A DNA stretch of 64,000 bases. Source: Promethearchaeia archaeon (GTDB lineage Archaea; Asgardarchaeota; Lokiarchaeia; Sigyniarchaeales; SOKP01). The stretch covers positions 1 through 64,000 of the forward strand of contig JAWOCD010000090.1 of the NCBI GenBank assembly GCA_046483985.1. The letters are read 5' to 3'. Shown one piece after another: positions 1 to 9,194 of this stretch. The position numbers were made by a program, and so were the translations under genes. Positions within the stretch are counted from its first letter, which is position 1; each line of letters begins with the position of its first letter. Under the pieces are notes generated by a model. The model was not told the origin of the DNA and searched no databases. It worked only from the letters and a program-made list of their open reading frames with translations.

Positions 1-88
1 TTCTTATTTCCCCCCAAATCTATATTTGTGAAAATCCTTGAGGAGAATATAATTGTTAAGCAAGAAAAAAACCTACACTTTTTTAAAA

Positions 89-267
89 AATATTATGGTA
101 AAGTTTCTCACATCTGCTGACCTATCGCATCAACCCTCTTTGAAGGAGGAATCCTTTCTAAAGCAATGGAACGGATTTTCTACGACACACAACCCTAAGA
201 TATGCCCACCAGCTAACGCTTAGTGGACTCGTAGGAATCCCCGTCCTTTAGGGCGGGGAGACTTCAA
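89..267 (+). mobile_element. IS200/IS605-family remnant E1: tnpB C-terminal fragment plus omegaRNA-like right end (family A)
   Basis: Frame from 89 reads NIMVKFLTSADLSHQPSLKEESF..., matching the tnpB tail at 44583-44790. Ends with hairpin GAATCCCCGTCCTTTAGGGCGGGGAG followed by ACTTCAA. 193-267 matches 26175-26249 at 74/75 nt. Confidence 0.85.
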
Positions 268-306
268 TAAAAAATTAATCTTTTAATTTGATATGTATTT
301 ATCTTA

Positions 307-951
307 GTGATTATGATTATTTTTATCCTTGTATTATCGGTTCTCATTCTGAGTCTTATTAGCGTCTTTCTTTATAAAAGAAATCTTATAAAAAACAGAA
401 AATATTATTTTTTAGGATTATGCGGATTGATCATTACTTATTTACTCCTTCCTTTTTACGATCCTTTTCAGTTGCCCGGCTATCTTGCCTCAGTCGTATT
501 GGGAAGGACCTTCCCTTCCTATTTTGGATTTACCGCTGGAATCATTGCTGGAAATTGTGCAATCTATGCTATTCATATTTTTGCAAGTAGTGCTTTAGAG
601 AAACGCAAGAGAGGGCATCTCTTAAAAATTCAATTCATTCGGTCTGGACAATATTCCAAACGGCGACATCCGCTCTATATATCTTCTTATTTTTTGGCAT
701 TGTGCTATGCTGTGGTAATGGGATCAGTCGTACTTGTGATTATTGCTTGTTCTTTCCTTATCCTATTTTATTTTAATGCTAAATACATTGAAAAAAATGT
801 CTTGTTAAAAAAATTCGGTGGCGACTATAATAACTACCAGAAGGAAGTCCGAACCTTGTTTTTTACCAAAGATTTCCTAGTTTTAACCGTGGTTATCCAC
901 ATTTTGTTTCTAATTGGCCTCGTGGGAGTCATTTTTTTCCCTATGCTCTAA
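307..951 (+). CDS. Membrane methyltransferase, ICMT/PEMT-like family
   Basis: Multiple TM segments; G-x-Y-x-x-x-R-H-P-x-Y motif (GQYSKRRHPLY); C-terminal EK..L..KFG..Y..Y. Confidence 0.75.
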   Translation: MIMIIFILVLSVLILSLISVFLYKRNLIKNRKYYFLGLCGLIITYLLLPFYDPFQLPGYLASVVLGRTFPSYFGFTAGIIAGNCAIYAIHIFASSALEKRKRGHLLKIQFIRSGQYSKRRHPLYISSYFLALCYAVVMGSVVLVIIACSFLILFYFNAKYIEKNVLLKKFGGDYNNYQKEVRTLFFTKDFLVLTVVIHILFLIGLVGVIFFPML

Positions 952-1008
952 ATTAATTAGTTATTAATTATATTTTTAAATTTCGGACTTTCTTTTTTAA
1001 ATACAGAA

Positions 1009-1713
1009 ATGACATTTGAGAAATATACATCGAGATATGAAGCGGGAACCCGTTTGGTTAACTTTCTTCATTCAGAAGATATATCGTTATATCAATCTAT
1101 TCAAGAAAATCCACGCGATTATTTTTGTTTTGCCATACCCAATGGAGGTGTCCCCGTAGCTGAAGGTTTTTGTAGTCAATTAGATTTATTTTATGATTTA
1201 ATAATTGTTCGAAAAATCAAAATTCCCAGCAATCCAGAGGCGGGATTCGGCTCTATTGCTACGGACGGAACCATTTTAATTAATAACCCTTTATTGAACC
1301 AATTAAATTTATCAGAACATAAAAAAAAGAGAACGATTGAATTAACCAAGCAAGAGATTCATGAAAGATTAGATTTTTATGATAAAAATCAAGGATACAT
1401 CGAGAATTTGAGTCCTAAGATTAAGAAAAGAGAGATTTTTCTTATTGATGATGGATTAGCATCTGGATTTACTATGAGGGCAGCGATAAAAATGGTCAAA
1501 AAATATGAACCAAATCAAATCTTTATTGTTGTACCAACAGCTCCCCAAAGAACAGTGGAAAAAATTAATCCAAAAGTAAAAAAGATTTTTTGTCCTAACA
1601 TCAAAAATGTGTTCAGATTTGCAGTGGCAAGCGCCTATAAACATTGGTATGATCTCTCTGAATCGGAAGTCTTAGAGATTTTGAATCAATCTGAGCATTA
1701 TCAAAAGGCTTAA
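1009..1713 (+). CDS. Type I phosphoribosyltransferase family protein
   Basis: AIPNGGVPVA, VRKI..P.NPEAGFG and PRPP loop LIDDGLASGFTM. Confidence 0.9.
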   Translation: MTFEKYTSRYEAGTRLVNFLHSEDISLYQSIQENPRDYFCFAIPNGGVPVAEGFCSQLDLFYDLIIVRKIKIPSNPEAGFGSIATDGTILINNPLLNQLNLSEHKKKRTIELTKQEIHERLDFYDKNQGYIENLSPKIKKREIFLIDDGLASGFTMRAAIKMVKKYEPNQIFIVVPTAPQRTVEKINPKVKKIFCPNIKNVFRFAVASAYKHWYDLSESEVLEILNQSEHYQKA

Positions 1714-2031
1714 AAACAAACTAAAATTAGAAGTAGTTTAATTTCAACCCACAAAATGGAAGATAAATAATTGTAATACTTTTTGATTTATCAAGTTAGG
1801 ATCTTAATTTTTCTCAAATTCTTTGTTTTCTTACGCTAAAACAGTTCAATTGGTAAGGAAAAAAAAGCAGACAATATTTGACTGGTTTTAAAATGTTTGA
1901 TTTCGTAAATTTCTAAAATTTGAAAGAAAAAATTCCGATCAACCGAAACAAATAAATTGAACAAATAAAATTATATAATTAGAATTATAATAATTATAAT
2001 ATAATAATTGATATAATAACGTAAAATTGGA

Positions 2032-2856
2032 TTGATCACATTGGTTTCAGAAAAAAAGAAACTGAAAAAAATTATGTCCTTTCTAAGAAAGAGCTTATCC
2101 CAATTAAACGATGATTTAAACGAGACGGTTGAAGGGATTAATTCTTTCTTATCATCATTACAAAAAGCCCAAAAAGATCTTGAATCAACATCAAAAGGGG
2201 TATTAACAGAAAGTACTTCTTCAAAAAAGGTGGTTTCTGCTGGAACTTCTGATACTAAGGCGAAAGCCGCAAATACTTTGTTTAGTTTACTCAGAGGAGG
2301 TAGTGGTGGTGGAGAAGCAGCAAAAAGCTCCGCACCCCAAACTGCATCGGCCAAGGGAGGAGTTCCGAAGAAGAGTGGCCCACCCAGTAAAAGCGGAGGC
2401 CCACCCAGTAAAAGCGGAGGCCCACCCAGTAAAGGGGGTGCTCCCAAAAAGGGAGGAGTTCCGAAGAAGAGTGGCCCACCAAAAAAGCCAAGTGGTGGAG
2501 GCCCACCTAAAGCACCATCTTCTGGTGGGAAAAAAGGGAAAAAGGGAAACTTACCTCCTGCGCCAAAATTACCACCAGGTGGAAAAAAAGGCGGAGGCCC
2601 ACCTAAAGCACCATCTTCTGGTGGGAAAAAAGGTGGAGATGGCGGGGGCGTAGTGAAAAAACCATCATTTGCTAAGAGATCAGGTCCCCCAAAAGCACCT
2701 GGAGCAAAGCCTCCTGGTGGAGGGGGTGGAGATGGAGAAAGTGGTGGTGCACCGGAAAAGGTCGCACCAGAGTCAGGGGGAAGCTTAAACTCGCTAAGAG
2801 ATGAAATGCTTGATGAGCTGGGAAGATTGAGACGTATAATGAGAGGCGAAGAATGA
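2032..2856 (+). CDS. Pro/Gly/Lys-rich low-complexity protein with N-terminal coiled coil and WH2-like helices
   Basis: Helical N-terminus, GGPPK/S repeats, ordered C-terminal helix SLRDEMLDELGRLRRIMRGEE; T-rich tract after the stop. Confidence 0.75.
   Translation: MITLVSEKKKLKKIMSFLRKSLSQLNDDLNETVEGINSFLSSLQKAQKDLESTSKGVLTESTSSKKVVSAGTSDTKAKAANTLFSLLRGGSGGGEAAKSSAPQTASAKGGVPKKSGPPSKSGGPPSKSGGPPSKGGAPKKGGVPKKSGPPKKPSGGGPPKAPSSGGKKGKKGNLPPAPKLPPGGKKGGGPPKAPSSGGKKGGDGGGVVKKPSFAKRSGPPKAPGAKPPGGGGGDGESGGAPEKVAPESGGSLNSLRDEMLDELGRLRRIMRGEE
2377..2433 (+). repeat. Coding tandem repeat, 21-nt unit GGCCCACCCAGTAAAAGCGGA x2.7 (GPPSKSG)
   Basis: Seen directly; further internal duplications encode KGGVPKKSGPP x2 and GGPPKAPSSGGKKG x2. 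Confidence 0.95.
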
Positions 2857-2920
2857 TCCATTGATCTCTTTCATTTTTTAACCAATTCCTTTTATTCTTC
2901 TATTTTAATCTTAATTTTAC

Positions 2921-2962
2921 CACTAGAGTGCGAGGAAGCACCGTCCTTTAGGGCGGTGATGA
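2921..2962 (+). mobile_element. IS200/IS605 left-end remnant E2 (LE family 1)
   Basis: TTTAC|CACTAGAGTGCGAGGAAGCACCGTCCTTTAGGGCGGTGATGA, near-identical to 50055 and 61424. Confidence 0.8.
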
Positions 2963-3196
2963 TTCTGTCTATTCTAATTACCCAATAGACAATTAAACAA
3001 GCATAAATTTTTATTCAGATTGCGGACTCTTTGGTATCGATTGGAGCCAGTCCATAGCCGTAAAAATATGAATTATTATAATTCATATTACAAATGCATT
3101 TTAACATTTAACTAAGATTTCATTGGTTCCAAAAATATTCTTGGAATTGATATGGTATAGGTATTTAAATGGAGAAAATTTAGAATACATAGAAGC

Positions 3197-3946
3197 ATGA
3201 CTTCAGAAAAATTTATTATGTGTGAAGAGAAAAAAATTCCAATCGTGGTTCCCAAACGAATTATGGTCTTTGCTCCACACCCAGATGATGAAATTGTATC
3301 TTGTGGGGGGACAATTTTAAAATATCAAGACTTAGGTTCGGAAATCACAGTGGTTATTGCGACTGCGGGTTTGGGCGGTTATGCGAAGGAAAGAAATAAA
3401 CGATCCATTAAGAAGAAAAGAAAAAAAGAATCCGAGAAGGTAGCGGAAGCTTTAGATTGCGAGTTAATTGAATTGGGATATACAGATATGAAAGTTAATC
3501 GAATAAAAATTTCACGCTTCACCAACTTAATTAGAGACCATCGTCCCCAAGTCATATTTATGCCACATTATTCAGACTTCCATCGAGTCCATCGGAATAT
3601 TTCCTTAATTGTACGAGAAGCCATATATCATTGTGCTACTGGAAAAGCGTATGGTGGACATGAGCGAAATTGGACACCTTTTGGAGTATACTATTATGAG
3701 TCTCCTTCGTGTAAATTTCAATATATTGAGGGCTCAGTATTTGTAGTAGTAAACATTGTAGCATTCTGGGAACGCAAGAAAGAAATCTTTTCCCAGATAT
3801 ATACCTCTCAAAAATCTGTATTAGCCCGGGTAATCGATTGGGCGGAGGATACTGCAATTTTACGGGGAAATGAAATTAATGCACCCTATGGAGAGGCATT
3901 TATTCCCGAAACTACCTATACTCCGCTAAAAATTTTATTATCATAA
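3197..3946 (+). CDS. PIG-L/LmbE family N-acetylglucosaminyl deacetylase
   Basis: APHPDDE motif, GGT, DFHRVH second motif, C-terminal EAF. Confidence 0.9.
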   Translation: MTSEKFIMCEEKKIPIVVPKRIMVFAPHPDDEIVSCGGTILKYQDLGSEITVVIATAGLGGYAKERNKRSIKKKRKKESEKVAEALDCELIELGYTDMKVNRIKISRFTNLIRDHRPQVIFMPHYSDFHRVHRNISLIVREAIYHCATGKAYGGHERNWTPFGVYYYESPSCKFQYIEGSVFVVVNIVAFWERKKEIFSQIYTSQKSVLARVIDWAEDTAILRGNEINAPYGEAFIPETTYTPLKILLS

Positions 3947-4023
3947 ATGTAACATAAACCATATAAAGATTATTTTTTATTAATTCTTATAAACTTCAAG
4001 AAATAACATAAAAATATTAAAAG

Positions 4024-5142
4024 ATGGGAAATCAAACTATTATTTTAGACATCGGTCAGTTTTCCTCAAAAGTGGGGTTTGCAGGGTCAGATAGTCCGAG
4101 TGAAGTCTTTTTCACCTTGCTTGGGAAACCTAAATATCAAAACCTCGATGTGCATTATGGGGGCGGTTCAGATCAAGAAATCTATGTCGGAAATGAGATT
4201 CAATCATTTGGGCTTTATAAATTGTTCCATCCAATCCAAAACGGAAGAATTGATGATTGGAATTTGTTTAAAAAAATCGCGGATTATATTTTCTATGTCT
4301 TACGAGTTGATCCCACATTAGTTAATATCTTATATGCAATCCATCCCTTATTCCCGCAACAAAATTTAGAAAGATTATTTGAACTTTTTCTGGGAGATTA
4401 TCAATGTATGGCATTTTATCCCATCTTAGATTCTATGTTAACACTCTATTCTGGCGGATTCGAAACGGGATTAGTGGTCGAGATAGGTGATAGTGGAACC
4501 CGGATTGTTCCCATCTATGAAGGCTATAAGTTAGAACACGCCATTCGGATAACCAACATTGGAGGCAAGGTGTTAACTCAACGGATGGAAGAGTTACTGG
4601 GGGATATTGGATTTTCCAGCGACTCATCCCTCCGAAGAGAGCTTGTCAGAGCTTTAAAAGAACGAGCCTGCTTTGTTTCTTTAGATTACAAAGAAGACAA
4701 AAAACGAGGTCAAGAATATAAAAAACAGTATTCAATGCCCGATGGGAGCACTCTTATGCTTTCCACTCAGCGATTTGAAGTTCCTGAAGTTTTATTTAAT
4801 CCTAGCCTTATAAATTCCGAAGAACCACCTCTACAAGAAGCCATCATGGATTCGATTGCAGCATGTGATATTGATATTCGTTCTGAATTGTTAAACAACA
4901 TTTTTCTCTCTGGAGGAAGTTCCATGTTCCCGAATATTAAATCTCGAATGTATTTAGAGCTTGAATTAGAACTCGCTCGTCGAGAAAAAAAGGATCAGTC
5001 AGTCAGAATTATCGCGCCAAAAGAACGTACCTTCTCTGTATGGGTAGGAGGTTCAATCCTCGCAATGATTCCGGAATTTTCGGAGAATTGGATTACCCGT
5101 GCTGAATATTACAATGAAGGAATCCCAGAGGATTTGTTATAA
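4024..5142 (+). CDS. Actin-related protein (Asgard actin family, divergent)
   Basis: IILDIG..SKVGFAG, PI.NGRI.DW, TGLVVEIGD, VPIYEGY, LKER.CFV, Y.MPDG, RFEVPEVLFNP, LSGGSSMFP, SVWVGGSILA. Confidence 0.95.
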   Translation: MGNQTIILDIGQFSSKVGFAGSDSPSEVFFTLLGKPKYQNLDVHYGGGSDQEIYVGNEIQSFGLYKLFHPIQNGRIDDWNLFKKIADYIFYVLRVDPTLVNILYAIHPLFPQQNLERLFELFLGDYQCMAFYPILDSMLTLYSGGFETGLVVEIGDSGTRIVPIYEGYKLEHAIRITNIGGKVLTQRMEELLGDIGFSSDSSLRRELVRALKERACFVSLDYKEDKKRGQEYKKQYSMPDGSTLMLSTQRFEVPEVLFNPSLINSEEPPLQEAIMDSIAACDIDIRSELLNNIFLSGGSSMFPNIKSRMYLELELELARREKKDQSVRIIAPKERTFSVWVGGSILAMIPEFSENWITRAEYYNEGIPEDLL

Positions 5143-5155
5143 TACCCTTTTTTAT

Positions 5156-5286
5156 CATTAAAGCCAAAAGAATACCGCCCGTTCAGGGAACATCATTTCG
5201 TGGTGGAGAACCACCCCGTATTACCTTGTGTCTTTATTAAGTATTAGGTAATACGAATCTCACGCCTTCAGGCGGGAGTAGTTTAA
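5156..5286 (+). mobile_element. IS200/IS605-derived MITE/PATE E3 (LE family 2 plus RE family B), ~130 bp
   Basis: TTTAT|CATTAAAGCCAAAAGAATACC... ; stem CGTATTACCT/AGGTAATACG; end GAATCTCACGCCTTCAGGCGGGAGTAGTTTAA. Confidence 0.8.
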
Positions 5287-5385
5287 TTGAACACAATAAT
5301 ACCCAAATATCACTAGCAAATTAATAGTCTGTGGTTTTATTTCTTCATAAAAACTTCATAAAAAGATTAGTTAGGTGGAAACTAT

Positions 5386-5721
5386 ATGGAAAGGTTTCAA
5401 GAAAGTGTATCAAAATCAAAACTCATGAATAAATTTAATACCATTAAATCAATTAAGACACCGCTCAAAAATGATATTTTACAAGCACTTTTAGATGGAA
5501 AATGGCACTCGGAGAAGGAAATTATCCGAATTGCTAAGAAACGTCATAGAGGATACATAGGATCCGTTACGGTGGGTACTATGACCCGATCTCTAAATAG
5601 TATGATGAGAAGCAATTATCTGAAAAAGAAATTTATCGACGGAGAACTCTATTATAAAATTAGCGATAATTATGTAGGTCTTACGAGAGCTGCATATAAT
5701 AAGTATAAATTCTCCCTCTAA
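5386..5721 (+). CDS. Hypothetical protein, probable winged-helix fold
   Basis: Shine-Dalgarno-like AGGTGG upstream; ILQALLDGKWHS...LYYKI pattern. Confidence 0.7.
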   Translation: MERFQESVSKSKLMNKFNTIKSIKTPLKNDILQALLDGKWHSEKEIIRIAKKRHRGYIGSVTVGTMTRSLNSMMRSNYLKKKFIDGELYYKISDNYVGLTRAAYNKYKFSL

Positions 5722-5801
5722 AGAGGAAAGCAGTTAATCTAAAATGATTTCTCTCCTAAATCTTTGTCCCATCTTCTTTTTTCTAAAACCTTCTTTATCC
5801 C

Positions 5802-6302
5802 CTACTGGTCCAAATATTCCTTATTGAGTGAACGCAGTGCCAGTCCATTTAAAATTAAACATAGGAGAATTACATAATAACCCAAGCCCAAACTAGTAAA
5901 AATAGATACGAAGATCTCGTTAAGACTTTCAAGATGAATAGTAATGACTAAGGTGGTATATATTCCCAAGAGAAAGAGTGATAATAGAAGGTTTAATCTG
6001 TATAGTTTTGCCGAATATTTATAGGTGGCTTTGGTTGTGGAGGCCATAATAGAACTTAACCCAATAAAGAATACAAAGAGCCAGAGGAATATTGCGATAA
6101 CATTTTCCGGAAAAGGCGCGGTAATTAAGGTCTTCGCTTCGCTTCCGCCAATTAAATACCCCCAGATATAATGCTCGATATTATCATTTTTAAAAATATA
6201 AAAAACCATTGAAATATCTTCTTCAGGATAAATTGGAATTTGTTGAATAAAGGCTAAGATAAAGGCCAGTATCCCTGCAAAAATACCTGTTTTTCTAGCC
6301 AT
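5802..6302 (-). CDS. Hypothetical 4-TM membrane protein
   Basis: Hydrophobic segments; resembles neighbour (YIWG vs FLWG; GYY vs GFY). Confidence 0.75.
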   Translation of the reverse strand: MARKTGIFAGILAFILAFIQQIPIYPEEDISMVFYIFKNDNIEHYIWGYLIGGSEAKTLITAPFPENVIAIFLWLFVFFIGLSSIMASTTKATYKYSAKLYRLNLLLSLFLLGIYTTLVITIHLESLNEIFVSIFTSLGLGYYVILLCLILNGLALRSLNKEYLDQ

Positions 6303-6325
6303 TTTTAGTAAACCTCTTTTTTTTC

Positions 6326-6859
6326 TTACATTTCATAGGAAATCACTGGGTGTGTATAAATGGCAACTAAGGCAACAATTAAATTCGCCAAAATAATATA
6401 GAATCCGTAATCAATATAATTGAAGATATCAAGATATCCTAATTGGCCGCCCAAGATCTCTTTACTGTATATGGGAATTCCCACCAGTAAAAATATAACG
6501 ATCACAAAGAGACAATAGAAATTTGCTTTTATTAGCTTTTTTCCCGTTTCACTTTCTTTAAGGCAACCAATAAACGATAACAAAATCGCCGCCAACGCCA
6601 AGCAAGAAAGAAACGTGAATGCAAGGTAGTTAATATTAAACCATAAATTGACGGAATTATTAGAAAAGATACCCCACAAGAATATGTCTTGACCCTCAAT
6701 CTTAAAAAGTTGAATGGGGATTTCTAGATGGGAATTAAACCCTAACCACGGATATGTGTCGCTTCCAAAATAGATCCCTAACGGTATGAAGCGTAAAAAT
6801 AAAAGAACCGTGGTGAGAAATGATGAGATAAAACCGAATTTATTCATATAAAAATTCAA
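6326..6859 (-). CDS. Hypothetical 4-TM membrane protein, probable paralog of 5802-6302
   Basis: Same topology and WG / G(F/Y)Y motifs. Confidence 0.75.
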   Translation of the reverse strand: MNFYMNKFGFISSFLTTVLLFLRFIPLGIYFGSDTYPWLGFNSHLEIPIQLFKIEGQDIFLWGIFSNNSVNLWFNINYLAFTFLSCLALAAILLSFIGCLKESETGKKLIKANFYCLFVIVIFLLVGIPIYSKEILGGQLGYLDIFNYIDYGFYIILANLIVALVAIYTHPVISYEM

Positions 6860-6922
6860 ACCAATTATGCTTCGTTATAATATTAATTATGTGATTTCAT
6901 TTTATATTAATTTAAGTTAAGT

Positions 6923-9139
6923 TCACTTCTCTTTCCTTGGAATACAACTGATTTTATCTTTTTCCACAATCTTGTATTCCTTGCAACTGGAGCAAAACCC
7001 TTGCCCCTTGTTATTCTCTTCTAACCCTTTATTCCAACAGAGGGGACACATATAATAGGTAAAGGACTTGTTATTTTTTCGTCTGTAGATTTTAAACACA
7101 TTAAATCCGCATTTGGAGCAGAACGTATGTCTTAGAATGGTGATTTTACCGTATTTGGGAACTGATAAATATGAATTATTTTTTTCAATGCAATCATCAT
7201 CCACACAAGCTAAAAACCGTTTTTTGTTCCGTGTGGTGACCAATTTCATGGCACTCTGATTACAGTAAGGGCATTTAGCGGTTGTTTGGGGGAATTTCTT
7301 ATTTCTTGTTTTTGAACCCCAATTCTGATTGGTTTTTTGAAACTGCTCTGCCTGCTTAACGAATTCATTTTTGTTTTCTCGAAATTTATCAAATAACTTT
7401 AAGAAGGTGTTCTTCACATGTTCGATAACTTGGTCCATTTTTTTCTTCTCTTTTTTTATATCCTCGAGTAGTCCTTCCACATACGCAGTAAAATTAGGTT
7501 TTAGAAAGGGGAGCCATATTTCCTTTAAATTCTCGATCAAAAATACTCCCAATTTTGTCATGTCATAACTCCTTCCTTTTTGATAGATGTATTTTCGCTT
7601 TTGTAAAATCTCTATAATGGTAGGTCTGGTAGATTTCGTTCCTAAATTGTTTTTTTCCATGAGTCTTAATAATGCAGTATCAGAATATCGGGGGGGAGGT
7701 TGTGTTTTCTTTTCTAAAAGTAAAATTTTGTCAATAGGAATTGAATCTGTATTATCCAGGTTGAGGGCTTTATCATATTTTCTGCTCAGAAAGGGGGCGA
7801 TTCCAAGAAAGCCTTTCTCAATCAAACATGTATGACGCGCAATAAAGGGTTCCTTTTCTATCTTCAACTTTATATTCTGATGTAATTCAATAGTGGGAGT
7901 CCCAAAAAGAGCCAAATAATGCCGTGCAATTATATTATAGACTTTCTTTTGAATGGAAGTTTTTAATTTTGAGTTGTTTAATTCAACGCTTTTTAACGGT
8001 GTGATGGGAGGGTGGTCTCCTGCATCTTTTTTTCCTTTAGTTGGAGTGAATTTATTCTTTTGGATTAACTTACTTGAATAGTTGCCCAATTGGGAGTGAG
8101 AACTGAAATTTTTTATACGTTTTTTATGTTCAAAATCGGATTTATACACGTCACTATCGGTTCTGGGATAAGAAATGAGTTTATTTAGGTAGAGTTCTTG
8201 TAAAGCATTCAGAGCATCACTTGCACGGATTTTAAGCTTATTTGTTAAGAGGGATAAAGCTTTTGAGGTATTGAGGGGCTTGGGGGGAGATTTTTTTCTC
8301 TTATTCTGTTTTATATCATGAATATGAGCAAATTTAGCATGCTCAATCTTACAATATATTGTTTTTGCCTTCTTTTTTTGGCTTTTTCTGAAGGAATTTT
8401 CCTTATGATATGCAGCGAAGTCAGTGTTTTGAATCTTGAAAGTTGCCTTTATATTCCAATACGGTTGAGGGACGAACTCATCTCGTGCTTTATATCTTAA
8501 ATAAAATAAATACAAGAGAGATGTTTGAACTCGCCCGATGGATAAAAACTTAACATTTATATTCTTCAGTAAATCTTTAAGTGTAATGGTTAGCTCTCTA
8601 GTGGCGGAGAACCCAATTACAGCGTCAATAATTGCTCTAGCTTCTCCAGTTTCCCCCCAGCTCCATTTTGGCTTTATTTGGTTATTAAATTTACGAACGA
8701 TTTCCCTTTTTTGAAGGGAACTTAACCAAATTTGGGATAAAGAAATATCATTGTTTGCTTTTCGAATGAAGGGAACTGCATCGAATAATCCAATATTGCA
8801 CCCTTCTACATCAGCATCGGTACCGATGATGCAACGATTACATTTTTTTCCATATTCTTTCAAAGCTTTGATATATTGACCAGCATAAGATTTGGGATAC
8901 TTCTTAATTGCATCAGACTTAGTTATAATTTCTCTTGGATCAGAACGTGCCCAGCTTTTAAATTTCTCGGTATTTTTATACTCTAAAATGTGTCCCCGCA
9001 AGGGGATGACAAAGATATCTCGTGATTTAAGATAATATATACTTAGATATTTAGCCTTTTTAATTTTTGTAGGAGTTCCAAGAGCATTTGCAATTGCCTC
9101 TGCAGCTTTCCTTTTTTCGGAAATTATTAAAGTTGCCAT
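6923..9139 (-). CDS. topA: Type IA DNA topoisomerase (topoisomerase III-like) with Cys-rich C-terminus
   Basis: TOPRIM ISEK, GHI, DAD.EG; GRVQT; catalytic SYPRTDS; DAGDHPPITP; LGTKSTR; C-terminal zinc ribbons. Confidence 0.95.
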   Translation of the reverse strand: MATLIISEKRKAAEAIANALGTPTKIKKAKYLSIYYLKSRDIFVIPLRGHILEYKNTEKFKSWARSDPREIITKSDAIKKYPKSYAGQYIKALKEYGKKCNRCIIGTDADVEGCNIGLFDAVPFIRKANNDISLSQIWLSSLQKREIVRKFNNQIKPKWSWGETGEARAIIDAVIGFSATRELTITLKDLLKNINVKFLSIGRVQTSLLYLFYLRYKARDEFVPQPYWNIKATFKIQNTDFAAYHKENSFRKSQKKKAKTIYCKIEHAKFAHIHDIKQNKRKKSPPKPLNTSKALSLLTNKLKIRASDALNALQELYLNKLISYPRTDSDVYKSDFEHKKRIKNFSSHSQLGNYSSKLIQKNKFTPTKGKKDAGDHPPITPLKSVELNNSKLKTSIQKKVYNIIARHYLALFGTPTIELHQNIKLKIEKEPFIARHTCLIEKGFLGIAPFLSRKYDKALNLDNTDSIPIDKILLLEKKTQPPPRYSDTALLRLMEKNNLGTKSTRPTIIEILQKRKYIYQKGRSYDMTKLGVFLIENLKEIWLPFLKPNFTAYVEGLLEDIKKEKKKMDQVIEHVKNTFLKLFDKFRENKNEFVKQAEQFQKTNQNWGSKTRNKKFPQTTAKCPYCNQSAMKLVTTRNKKRFLACVDDDCIEKNNSYLSVPKYGKITILRHTFCSKCGFNVFKIYRRKNNKSFTYYMCPLCWNKGLEENNKGQGFCSSCKEYKIVEKDKISCIPRKEK

Positions 9140-9194
9140 AAGATTAACACTAACTAAAAGAATTCAAGTGTTTTAAATAAAGAAGGTCGCTGAT

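Noticed and set aside
2377-2433. Short repeats as a CRISPR array
   Set aside because: In-frame tandem coding repeats without spacers; no cas genes. No CRISPR array was seen anywhere in the window.
1971-2861. 296-aa Pro/Gly/Phe-rich ORF on the minus strand
   Set aside because: Antisense shadow of the repetitive + strand gene; the + frame has ordered termini and a downstream T-tract.
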